Shown in pieces: positions 53,180 through 64,000 of a DNA stretch of 64,000 bases. Every line of letters begins with the position of its first letter. Within the stretch, counting starts at the first letter, position 1. The DNA is taken from NCBI RefSeq assembly GCF_006345805.1, contig NC_043003.1, positions 96,534,001-96,598,000 of the forward strand, in the 5' to 3' direction. Source of the DNA: Octopus sinensis. Taxonomy: Eukaryota. Position numbers and translations under genes: made by a program. The notes beneath the pieces were generated by a model that searched no databases, was not told the origin of the DNA, and saw only the letters and a program-made list of their open reading frames with translations.

Positions 53180-56100
53180 CTGAAAAGTAGATCAAATTCA
53201 TTTTATTAGTATCTATAAAAATGACTGAAAAAGAAATATCTATAATGTCATTTATAGTTATTATTCTCTTTATTACTTTCATTATCATATTTTCTACTAA
53301 AGGCCTGAAATTTTTTTAGGGGAGGGAGCTAGTTGATTACATTAACCCAAGTACTCAAGGGGCACTTTTCCACTGTGCTGAAAGGAAGAAAAACAAAGTC
53401 AACCTGGTGGGATTTGAACTCAGAACAAAGACAAACAAAATGCCACTAAATGTTAACCATCTCGCCACCTTAAAAAGTAAAAAGTTAGAAGAAATGCTAT
53501 TTAACATTTTGTCTGGAGTGATATAATTCTGCCAGCTTGCCACTCTTACAATCATTATCATAATAATTATCAATATTATTGTAATTGTGTCTGGGGAGAG
53601 TCAATTTCTTTTTGTGCCTTATTATTTAACACACTCACCGGTAAAATTTCCACTTATTTCTTATTTTTATTTTCCTAAAATTTTCGTTGCGTGTTGCAAC
53701 CTTTTCAATAGTTTTGACTCTGTCCATTACTTACACTGCGTTCCCTTTTGTTTGTTTGTGCGCATGTGTGTGGGTCAGTGTGTGTGTGTGCCTATACATG
53801 CATGCATGTACGTATGTATGTGTGTGTGTGTTTACATGTGTATGTATGTATATATGTGTGTATGTATATGTATATATGTATGTATGTATCCTGCATATTT
53901 ATGTGCTTGCCTGTCCGTGTTCGTGTATTTTCTATGTATGTGTGTGTGAGCATGTGTTTGTATACATATGCACCTCTGTCTCCTTGTGTGTATGTGTGTG
54001 TGTTATGTAACTATGTACCATGTTTTATATGTATGGATGTGCGTCTTTATATGTGTGGATCTGTGTCTCCATATGTGTCTGTTCATATAGTCTATATACC
54101 TATCCGTCTGTATTTTGATCTGTTTATGTACATATCTAAATGCTTACATACAAAAAAAAAAGAAAAAATTATTGTAATTGTGTATCCATAAAAAGAATTG
54201 TTTTGGTAATCATCCTGGATGTAAATTGCGTAAGTGAAGACAGGAAGCTGATTAAATGTCTGTAGTGAGAGATATAGCAAAAGCAATATTAAACATGGGA
54301 TAAGATAGTAACCATGCCCACACTAACTTAGATATGTTTTGGCCAAAGATTGGCCCAGGCTATGTCTAACTTAATAGCACCACCTGATAGGACCTGTTAA
54401 GTCATTTTTAAGTCAAGTTTTGTGCTATCATGGCCCATTCAAGTTGTTGTTGACTAAGATGTACCCAGTGATGATAGGAGGACAATCACAGTCATACACA
54501 CATCTACCGTATCCACTCACAAGGCCTTGGTTGGCCTGAGACTATAGTAGAAAACACTTGCCCAAGGTGCCATGCAGTGGGACTGAACCCAGAGCCATGT
54601 GGTTGGGAAGCAAGCTTCTTACCACAAAGCCATGCCTGCACCTAATATTTTTTTTCTAATAATTGTACCCACTTTTATAGATGGTAAGTGTGATTGATTA
54701 AATCGAGCATGGTATAGTACGAGTTAGTTTGCTCTATCAACACTAGGATTTAGGGAGCTAAATTCATTCCTGGTTACTTTGGACCTTAAATGCAGAGACA
54801 AACTAAATGTATTTCTTTACTGCACACAAGGGGCTAAACATAGAGGGGACAAACAAGAACAGACAAAGGGATTAAGTCGATTACATCGACCCCAGTGGGA
54901 AACTGGTACTTTATTTATCAACCCCGAAAGGATGAAAGGCAAAGTCGACCTTGGCGGAATTTGAACTCAGAACGTAACGACAGACGAAATACGGCTACGC
55001 ATTTCGCCCGGCGTGCTAACGTTTCTGCCAGCTCGCCGCCTTTTACTGTGAGAGTAAGTTGGTTTGGCACATCACTGTTTCTTTTAACAAACCACTTTTA
55101 CCAGAAGTGGGGACTTAATAATTAAGATAGTTTGGCAGAATTCTGGTTTAAGCACCCCATATAACCTCTCAGCTTTTTTATGTTTTGGTATTTTCAGAAA
55201 ACTTTTGCAACGGGAATTCATACAATTATGCAAAAAGAAAAACTGTTTAAGGGCGATTTAGCTGTTATTTTTAGCACATCTTATGACCACCTGATACCTT
55301 CCTCGTTTCTTTGTCACTCTTACATATATTAATGTTCTTCATATTTTCTCCACATAAACATATCTAATGGAATGATGATGCATCCGTGGGTGGTCCATTG
55401 CTGAGATTTAAGCAAAAAATTCTGACTGTTTAAAAATGAAAAAAAAAAAAAAAAGAAATCGAATATGAGTGGAACTTTTAGGATTTGTGGGGTGAAGGGG
55501 TTTTAAAAAATTTTTTAAAATTTATTTTCATACTCGTAGTATGAATTCCTGTAATCAATCGTATTTGGTCTCGGAGACTTGAAAGTATTTGTGCGGCAAG
55601 TTCTGTATAAAATTTTTATTTCTTTAATGTTTAGTGAAAAACACGGTCGCACACATTCATTCTTTCACAAGTCAACACAGTTCGGACTATACTGTGACTA
55701 ACATTAGTACTACTCAAACCAGACATATAATGTTTCTTTGAAGATTAAACACATAACGATAATACATGAAATAGTTTTATCGCTCAAATGTATAGGGTAT
55801 GCCGCGAGGATTTATTTAGTAGCTCAATCTTTAACATAACTATAAAAGTGATCATCCTTATATCGTGCTTTACCACCAGAAGAGAAGAAATTTTTTTTAA
55901 ATAAATAAGACAGGTTGGCTCTGACTAAAACGACTTTGACCATAGATATGCGTTATCAAAAGTTATACAAGAAAAATAAAAGTAATTTGTTTCTAGCATA
56001 TTACTAATCCACAGTCGAAATATTCGGCTACGATCATAAGTTCGAGAACAAGAGATGTAAGCGCACCAGCTAACATTTTGGTGGGGCAATTAAAACGCTT

Positions 56101-56515
56101 TGAACATCCTCCTGAAAAACTTCATCACCAAAACGAACGAGCGTAGAAACGTTTTTGGACTGATTTAAGAATTACTTTCCCATTATTGGATTTATCTGAT
56201 CTGATTGATGTACAATTATAATTAATTATTATTACACCTGTATTTGTTTTGATATTAAGATTGACAAAAAAATCGATCTTGTTTGTAAAAAAGTTTGGAG
56301 CTGGGTTTGCACCCATTTAGCAAGTTTCGTTCCCACACCTACAGCTTATTGATATGATTATTACTCATGATATCGACACAGGAAGGTTAGGTAAAGTCAA
56401 CCACGCTGGGATTTGAATTCACAACGGAAAGAGGCGTGACTAAATAAGGTGACTTTATTCACCCATAGATTATGTGATCCACTTAAAAGAAAAACATAAA
56501 TGTTTTGCATCAAAC

Positions 56516-56630
56516 CTGATGGTTTCTTGCGTTCATTGGTAACATCCTGGAATAAAGATCGCACTCCGATATAATAAAGCAACATAAAATTCCATACGAT
56601 CCATAACCAGTCCAATAACATTTGCCACAT
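56516..56630 (-). CDS. DHRSX: DHRSX-like short-chain dehydrogenase, exon 1 (115 nt)
   Basis: ATG in context cagccATG. Encodes the hydrophobic Trp-rich N-terminus MWQMLLDWLWIVWNFMLLYYIGVRSLFQDVTNERKKPS. Donor AG|GTTTGA is weak but gives phase 1, matching exon 2. Confidence 0.75.
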
Positions 56631-57240
56631 GGCTGTTTCGAAATCTTTTTAAAAATGACAACCAAAAATATTTGTTTTTGAGACTGCACCGGTAGAAAAG
56701 AGTAAGCCGGCGACAAGCCGCATTGATACTGTCTGTCTACTCAACGAGTAATTTAATCAATAATTAGTAAGCGAAGTGGTTTCGTTTAGTGTTGTTGCCA
56801 TAGTTACGTAAATTAAGACGTGACGCTCGATTGCAGATTCAGAATAGATTCTGTTTAATTAATCAATTTACGAATAAACTAAGACTATTCAAAGAACATC
56901 TATATTTAGAGTAAACACGTGGATATTGGATAAGAAACATACAAACGCAAACAACATATATACATTGATAATATACAACCGAATATACAGTACAACGAAG
57001 TTATTTCCCGTACTCTGAAGAAACAACCCCGTGTATACATTTTCGATACCCTAAAAGGTGCAGTGAGACCTCAAACAAACTGTTTACTTATGTTAACGGG
57101 CATACATAAGTAATTTGCAAGAATACCAAATCATTTAGCCGACCAAAAGACTCAGGAAAAGTAGTTATAGTATCAGGGGGAGTAACTCAATATTACTTGT
57201 AATACAAGGATATTAGCGCAGATAAATATACTTAACATAT

Positions 57241-57262
57241 ACACGCGCGCGCGCGCGCGTGT
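57241..57262. promoter_or_regulatory. Perfect ACA(CG)8TGT alternating purine-pyrimidine palindrome upstream of DHRSX
   Basis: 22-bp palindrome about 610 bp 5' of the DHRSX ATG, in a CpG-retaining zone. Z-DNA potential and regulatory role are inferred. Confidence 0.35.
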
Positions 57263-57831
57263 TATGTATATCTATATGTGAGCGTTGTGTGTGTATGTTT
57301 GTGCATATGTATGTATGTATGTACGCGCCTATGCATGTGTATGTATTTGTATGTGTGTGTGTGGTTTTGTGTATTTGTGAGTGTGCTTATTTGTGTGTGT
57401 ATTCAACATTTAATGTCGTTCTAGATTATGACATTGAGAGTGACTTCAGGTCAATAACTAGTCCTACAAACATGTACATATGAAGGCTAATGGTAGATCA
57501 TTTCAGTGAAAAACAGCGATCCGATATAAACGCAATAGATCAGATATTATTCTGAGACGAGGTAAGAAAAAAAACATTTGCTGCAGTCGAGACCAGCTCC
57601 TCGCAGGATGCGAATATCTTATCAAATTGGGTAAAGGAAAATCTCTATGGAGAAGTAACAGTAAATTTGCGGCTCTTATCATTGATCTTTTAGTTGTTCC
57701 AGTCATCGGAGTGTAGCCATGTTGGGTTCAAGAATTTTAGTCGAACAAATCGACATCAGAACTAAGTTTTGTTTTTGAAGTTTGGTACTCGTCCTATCGG
57801 TTCTTCTGCTGAACTGCTAACACCTTAAGTA

Positions 57832-58171
57832 CGAGGGGCGTTCAATAAGTGATGCCCCTGACCCACTTCCCATAGCAGTAGAGCAACGACACTTGGCACA
57901 GTTATTAGTCTTTTCCTACATAGGAACTACCCAGAGTTATGCATTTCTCCCATCGTTTGATACAGCTCTGGAGACCGTTTTTGTAGAAGACCCCAGCTTG
58001 GTCCTCCAACCACGACGTGACTTCAGAAATCAAGGCTGCATCATCTGGAAAACGCTTTCCTTTCAAAATCAACTTCATGGCTGGGAAGAGGTGAAAATCA
58101 GAGGATGCAAGGGGAGGAGTTCATAGCTGCACGCCTGTGGGTCAGGGGCATTACTTATTGAACGCCCCTCG
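57832..58171. mobile_element. Mariner-type non-autonomous element
   Basis: Perfect 19-bp TIRs CGAGGGGCGTTCAATAAGT / ACTTATTGAACGCCCCTCG with TA flanks, inserted into a SINE A copy. Confidence 0.9.
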
Positions 58172-58265
58172 TAGTGAACAAACTAACACATATTGTCAAG
58201 CGATAGTGGGGGGACAAACACAAAAACACATACACATATATGCACACACATATTTATGCGCACGT

Positions 58266-58326
<61 letters not shown>

Positions 58327-58361
58327 AAAAAGGAGATGTGGAACACGAGTTGTGATATATA

Positions 58362-58747
58362 AAAAAAGGAAATGAAGAAAATGCTAACAAAATAATTTAA
58401 GTAAGGGAGAGTGTATTTAATTAGGTGAAAGTTCTTTTTACCGGTTGCGCATTTGTTATGCTTATCAAAAGATATTTTTTTAAGAGAGATAGAGTTCCTT
58501 TCTGATACACACACTTTTACCCAGATATTAACACCATGACACACGCAAATATATGGTTCCACACATACACATAATTTGATACGGGTGCAAAACATCCAAC
58601 ACTATTTTTTGGAAATGACTGTAAATATTGACTTCACACAAACACGTTGCTTCCCGATACAGGCACAAGGCCATCAGAACTATAAATATTGAAAATTGTA
58701 CCCACACACGCACACATATATACACGCGCGCGCCCCAACATACATAT

Positions 58748-58780
<33 letters not shown>

Positions 58781-59301
58781 TACATGCATATAGCTCTTCC
58801 TGTCCTAAACGAATTTACTTATCCAGCTCAAATTTCAGTCAAGCGGAAAATACACTCCTTAACTACGCACTAAAAAGCTATTTAAAATATCCACATGACG
58901 TCTACTGACCAGCCTGAACAATAAGAATTTTCAACACTAGCCAAATTTTAACATCTCTGGAGCCTATTTTCTTACCCCAACACCAACTTCCATTCAAACA
59001 TTCACGTGACCCCTTTATAATGACCAATCAAAATTGTATTGACCATTGTCCACAAGAAATTTTAGGCGCGAAACCAAGCAAATCTTAAACAACTCTGGAG
59101 CCTCTTTTTTCACATATAAGAGACAGCAAACCCAACATAAAGTCAGATAAGAGAAAATAATCTATCAGAAAGGAACTCTATCTCTCTTTAAAAAATATCT
59201 TTTGATAAGCATAACAAATGCGCAACCGGTAAAAAGAACTTTCACTTAATTAAATACACTCTCCCTTACTTAAATTATTTCGTCAGCATTTTCTTCATTT
59301 C

Positions 59302-59305
<4 letters not shown>
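58362..59305 (+). mobile_element. Probable PLE 3' fragment carrying an inverted copy of its own terminus at the 5' side
   Basis: 58362-58507 is the reverse complement of ~59162-59305; (TA)n tracts on both flanks; same family as 4552-5172. Confidence 0.65.
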
Positions 59306-59348
<43 letters not shown>

Positions 59349-59588
59349 TTTGGGGGAATATTAATCCTAACTTACAGGGAAAAAATTCAATTAAGAAATA
59401 CTAAATCAAATTTCACACAATATAATATATATATAAAAATTAGAAAAAACACCTTTTATCAATTCAAAATGAACAATTAAATTACACCATCTAGAAAATT
59501 AATTATAAAAGAAATATTAAAATCAAAATAACAATAAAATACCAATGATTAAGTAAATTGCAAAAAATAATAAAAACATATCATATGC

Positions 59589-59720
59589 CAGGGCCCGGGA
59601 ACAAGGGGTGCAGCGGGTGCAACTGCACCCCTTGGAATTTTCAGGTGGTGCAAGATCAAAATTTGCACCCCTACATAATTTTACCAGTTTCCGAAATAGT
59701 GTCTAAAAAATTATCTGTAT
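59589..59720. mobile_element. Possible hAT-like transposon terminus
   Basis: GC-rich CAGGGCCCGGGAACAAGGGGTGCAGCGGGTGCAACTGCACCCC with subterminal GGGTGCA/TGCACCCC palindromes; no partner end found. Confidence 0.35.
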
Positions 59721-60479
59721 AAGATGCTTGAAGCTAGATTTCGTTTCAAAGCAAAAACAAAGAACAAAAATAAATAAATAAAAGTGATGAAGCTGGGCTT
59801 AAAATTCCCAAGAGAATTTATGACTGACCAACTTCTGAAGAAAAGTAGCGTCAAAATAAAAAGTATGTGACAACAACAACTGTAGCAGCAAACAACAAGA
59901 ACAACAACATGACCAGCATCTACGGCTACTCTTCAATACATAGCATTACTTGGATTCTTGAAGACAGCTCTATTCTGACAAAAATAACTCCAAAATCTTG
60001 CAATGCTGAAAATATGTGAAGGTTCTTGTCCTCTCTCAGTCTGTCACCTCTCTCAAGTTCTTTGTAGTTGATGTTGCTAAAGACTGACGACATGGTTGAA
60101 TGGATTCGACTGTTTGGCCTCAGCCTAAAAATAAAAGCCCTTTAAAAATCCTTTCAGTCATATCGGTTTTCTCATTTAGGTTGTTAAGGACCAAAGTTTG
60201 ACAAGGGAACAAAATGATTTATTTTTATCTTTGATATTTAGTGCTCATTGTTAAATGCTTTGATACTTATTGTTCATTCGAAATACTAGTCCAGTTTAAT
60301 ATAAAAAAAAAAAAGATTTTGAAAGGAAACATTTAACTATAAATGATTGCAGACCAACCCCGAAATTACCTAATTTGCAAAGAAATGTATTCGACAATTT
60401 CGGACTAATTTATTTTAAAAGGAAATTATATTAAAAGCATTACCTACCGTCATCTTGATGCGGTTAACCACGAAGATCA

Positions 60480-61895
60480 CTTCAGAGGTGCTTCTTTTTG
60501 CTCATAAGTCTAACCCTAGCTGAGGCCAGCACACAAGCTAATATACTTTTAACAGGGGTCTTTAATTTTACTAATCTTAGCTGGTCCGAGGATTATATCC
60601 AGTCTGGAACTAAGCAACTAAAGTGGAGGGATATGAACCATTTTCTCGATACAACAAAAGACTTTCCCATACAACAAATCATTACCCGTCCAATTAGGGG
60701 AAAATAACATACTCGACTTTGTTTTTATTCACAATGTTCAAGTCATTCCCACAGCTATTTCCAACCAAAGCATTATACAATTATCTGTATATGGTACAAA
60801 GAAATATCCGACTCGCAGCATGGATTTCTACCCTGAAGATCTTGCCTAACAAATCTTCTCCTTCTTGAAGAATGGATTACAAAGACCATGGATGAAAAAG
60901 ACTTGGTGGGCGTGGTATTTTTGGACTTGGCAAAGGCGTTTGACTCCGTTAATCACTGACTTCTCTTGCGCAAACTTCGGGCATTCAAGATTCATTCATT
61001 GGTGACTTTGTGGATTTCTTCCTTCCTTAGCTATCGAACTTTTTGGGTGCAGATAAATGGAGATCTCTCCACGGAGGTGAATGCATGCAGCGGCGTTCCC
61101 CAGGGGTCGGTGCTGGGGCCAATACTTTTCCTTCTCTATATCAACGAGCTGCCAGATTTTCTTGATGGATGAGTTCTCCTATTTGCAGACGACGTCAAAC
61201 TTGTCTCACCTAGGAATCAATACGACACATTCCAATCGTCGCTGAACCGAGCTTGGAATTGGGCGGAAGAATGGAATCTGAACTTGAACGCCTTAAAATG
61301 CAGCCATTTGCCAATAGGTTCACCTCCAAACTCTCCCTTGACTATAGGCCACAAACATCAACATCTTAAGATGGTCACTGAAGAAAAGGATCTCGGCATA
61401 AGGATCGATACTACTTTCAAACTACCACGGCAGGGTATCGAGGCGGCGAACAAAGCCAGAAGGAATCTTTTCCTCATTCACCGATCCTTTGCCAACCTTT
61501 CAATGGACGTCTTTTGGCCTGTATATATCACTTTAGTTCGACCCATCCTCGAACATTGCATGCATACCTCAGACCCATATCCACAGAAAGACATTCAGCA
61601 CCTGGAACGGGTTCAGCACTTGGCCACCCAAATGGGGACGGGCTTGTCTAAGCTTGCATAAGAGGAACATATCCAAAGGCTGGCATTGCCTTCACTCAAA
61701 CGACGGAGGATGCAGGGAAATATCATCCGACTTTCAACATCTTCAACGGACATGTAAACCTACCATTGGCGGAGATTTTCACCCCTGCGCCGGATAGAGG
61801 TCTTCAAGGGCATGATCGCAAACTCTATCCCCGACACTTTCGTTTCAACAGGCGGAAGGCCGCATTCTCCGTCCGTATCGCAGCCCCGTGCATAA
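60480..61895 (+). mobile_element. Decayed CR1-clade LINE ORF2 (APE remnant plus RT)
   Basis: [62 protein letters not shown] and SVRIAAPW; interrupted by stops and frameshifts. Confidence 0.9.
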
Positions 61896-63097
61896 TCCAA
61901 GCGAATTCTTTGATCCCACAACTCAAGTGCAGAGACACAACTTAAAATTAATATCATAGAAGTTGATATACTTGCGGCTATTAATGATTTAGACCCAAAC
62001 TCAGCATTTGTACCAAATAGTATTCCAGTTATATTGCTAAAAATCGTGCAAAAACCACCTCATGAAATCATTAAAGGTACTATTTCAAAACTCGCCAAAT
62101 ACTGCCATATTCCCGAGACTATTGAAAGAAGCTACAATAAAACCTATATAGGTACAAAGGTGTTAGCAATGCTGAAGCTAAAAATTACAGACCTGTTTCC
62201 CTCACGTCTTACACGTCTAAAATTATCAAATGTCTTGTCCGAAGACAAAAAGTAATAACGTACCTGGAGGAAAACAACTTAGATGACACTCGGTATAGGT
62301 TTCGGACTGAACGAAGTTGCCTGTCACAATTCTTACAGCATCATAACACTACCTCTAATAGTCTCTTAAGGGGAAAGATCATTGACTGTTAAAACCTTGA
62401 TATTGTTAATGCGTTTGGCAAGACTGATCATTGAATCATCTGTCATAATTTAAGAAATCTTGGTATCACAGGAAATGTCGGAGAATGGTTCTTTAATTCC
62501 CTAAACAGTAGGAGTCAACCAATTACTGCAAATGGATTTCTCTCTAAGTTACCTGTAATACGTCGTATACATCAGGGAATGAATTACACAAGAATATCGA
62601 TGGCTAGGAGCTAAATCAGAAAAAATACGAAAATTAGTACATCAAAATTTCAGCTTCTTCATTACAAACGAATTCACCCAAATCACAATATTTGACACAA
62701 GGTAACATAATGATTCAGAGCAGTAATGACATACAGGACTTAGGTGTAATCATATCAAATGATGCATTTTCCATCAGCCATATTATCAAACTAACCTTTA
62801 AATGCAGCAAACTCATAGGCTGCATCCTACGAACATTCATAACAAGGGAACCGGTAGTTAGATTTATTTTAAGGGAAAACCCTGGTTCTGAGCAGTTTAT
62901 ATTACTGCTTACAATTTTAATCTTCTAACTCATCCGGTCTCATAGAAGAAATTGAAGGGTTACAAGGAATGTTCACTGGTAAAACACCTTCAGTTAAAAG
63001 TTTTATTTACCGAGAATGTCTGAAAGCGCTGAGTCTCTTGACACCCAAGAGAAATATATACTATCGCATTCATATGGAAAATTGTTGGGGGACATAT

Positions 63098-63363
63098 GGC
63101 ATAGTGGTTAAGAGCGCGGGCTACTAACCCCAAGATTCCAAGTTCGATTCCAAGCAGTGACCTGAACACTAACAACAACAACAACAACAATAACATCGAA
63201 AATACATTAGGAATGAGAACACAGGTTCGAAATTTATCCAAGACACCTGAAGAAGGCTGGAGGGTATATCAGCCGAAACGTTGTGTTAACAACAAACAAG
63301 ATGAGGACAAATATCCATCGAATGTAAATAATGTATATAATTCCTCATCTCTAAAATATAGAA
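63098..63363 (+). mobile_element. tRNA(Ser-like)-headed SINE containing a hammerhead ribozyme, inserted in a LINE remnant
   Basis: A box tggcatagtgg, B box gttcgattcc, anticodon-arm-like gggctactaaccc, (AAC)n linker, HHR at 63242-63287, 9-bp terminal stem AGATGAGGA/TCCTCATCT. ATATGG is present at both junctions. Confidence 0.8.
63242..63287 (+). ncRNA. Minimal type I hammerhead ribozyme
   Basis: GACAC-CTGAAGA-A-GGCTG-GAGGGTATAT-CAGCC-GAAA-CG-TT/GTGTT: 5-bp stem I, 5-bp stem II, intact core, palindrome AACGTT, GUU triplet (cleavage after 63282). Confidence 0.8.
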
Positions 63364-63649
63364 ATATGGAAGGACATGTTCCAAACTTCGGCACTGGAGA
63401 GAGTTTTATTGCACGAAGATTTATATACTCCACTGAAACATTAAAAATACCCTCCCAAAACTCATTAGATTAACTCTTAACGAACCATTCAAGGATGATG
63501 CATTCAGAGGAGAACAGCTGCTAGAAAACTCAATCATAGACCACCTTCCAGTCAAGAAGCAACAGCAAGACCTAATTGAAAATACATTAAGGCGGTGCTC
63601 TAGATTGGCTGCAGTAATATCATTACTTCCTAAAAAATTTGTAGGGAAC

Positions 63650-64000
63650 TTACTCGAAAGTTTCGAGGATTTTATAAGTTCCAGAAAAATTTGTCGGAAA
63701 CTTCATGGAAAGTTCCGAGGGTTTCACGGAAATTCCGGGAATTTCCCAACTTCCGGGAAAACTGGTATGAAACTTCCTGGAAAGTCCCGAGGATTTCATG
63801 GAAAGCTCCGGGGATTCGCCAACTTTCTGGAAAACTGGTCGGAAACTTACTGGAAAGTACCGATGATTTCAAGGAAAGCTCCGGGGTTTCCCAACTTCAT
63901 GGGAAATTGGTAGGAAAGTTCCGGGGATCCCCCAACTTCGGGGGAAATTGATCGGAAACTTCCTGGAAAGGTCCAAGGATTTCCCAACTTCCTGCAAAGT
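63650..64000. repeat. Minisatellite, ~72-73-bp unit built from ~18-20-bp sub-repeats; runs off the window edge
   Basis: gaaactt(c/a).tggaaag recurs at 63697, 63769, 63842 and 63955; sub-repeat core ggaaag(t/c)tcc. Confidence 0.85.

Noticed and set aside
59230-59290. Second HHR-like CTGACGA...GAAA on the opposite strand of the 58-59 kb element
   Set aside because: Stems I and II pair poorly, there is no palindromic loop, and the other two copies read CTGACAA or CTAACAA.
63098-63165. Functional tRNA gene
   Set aside because: The acceptor stem and variable arm do not form a proper cloverleaf, and the sequence runs into (AAC)n and a SINE body.

Overview
AT-rich, microsatellite- and SINE-dense eukaryotic DNA. 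The repeat content looks like an octopod cephalopod (inference). Two host genes converge tail-to-tail. (1) The last coding exon of mitochondrial ribosomal protein L22 lies on + (8789-9006); I found no upstream exons in the window. (2) A complete 7-exon, 334-aa SDR of the DHRSX type lies on - (56630 to 23702). I rebuilt it by hand with GT-AG borders and consistent phases; exons 3 and 4 are absent from the ORF track. Between the two genes is a 4.1-kb stop-free ORF on - (13566-17681) encoding an acidic, Ser/Thr-rich, probably disordered polypeptide. Main hypothesis: the DHRSX stop codon sits inside a consensus splice donor (CA|GTAAGT) whose phase matches a TTTCAG acceptor at the start of that ORF, predicting an optional ~1674-aa DHRSX isoform with a 1340-aa tail carrying LIR-like motifs. 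Second theme: four different minimal type I hammerhead-ribozyme (HHR) motifs. One lies inside a tRNA-headed SINE, one at the 3' end of a Penelope-like element (PLE), and two in probable PLE ends; all intronic copies are antisense to the host gene. Several fold-back palindromes abut or are centred on microsatellites. The rest is decayed LINEs (RTE, CR1, RLE-type), Tigger and Tc1/mariner remnants, MITEs, SINEs and a minisatellite at the right edge. No database search or folding program was run; repeat borders are approximate.
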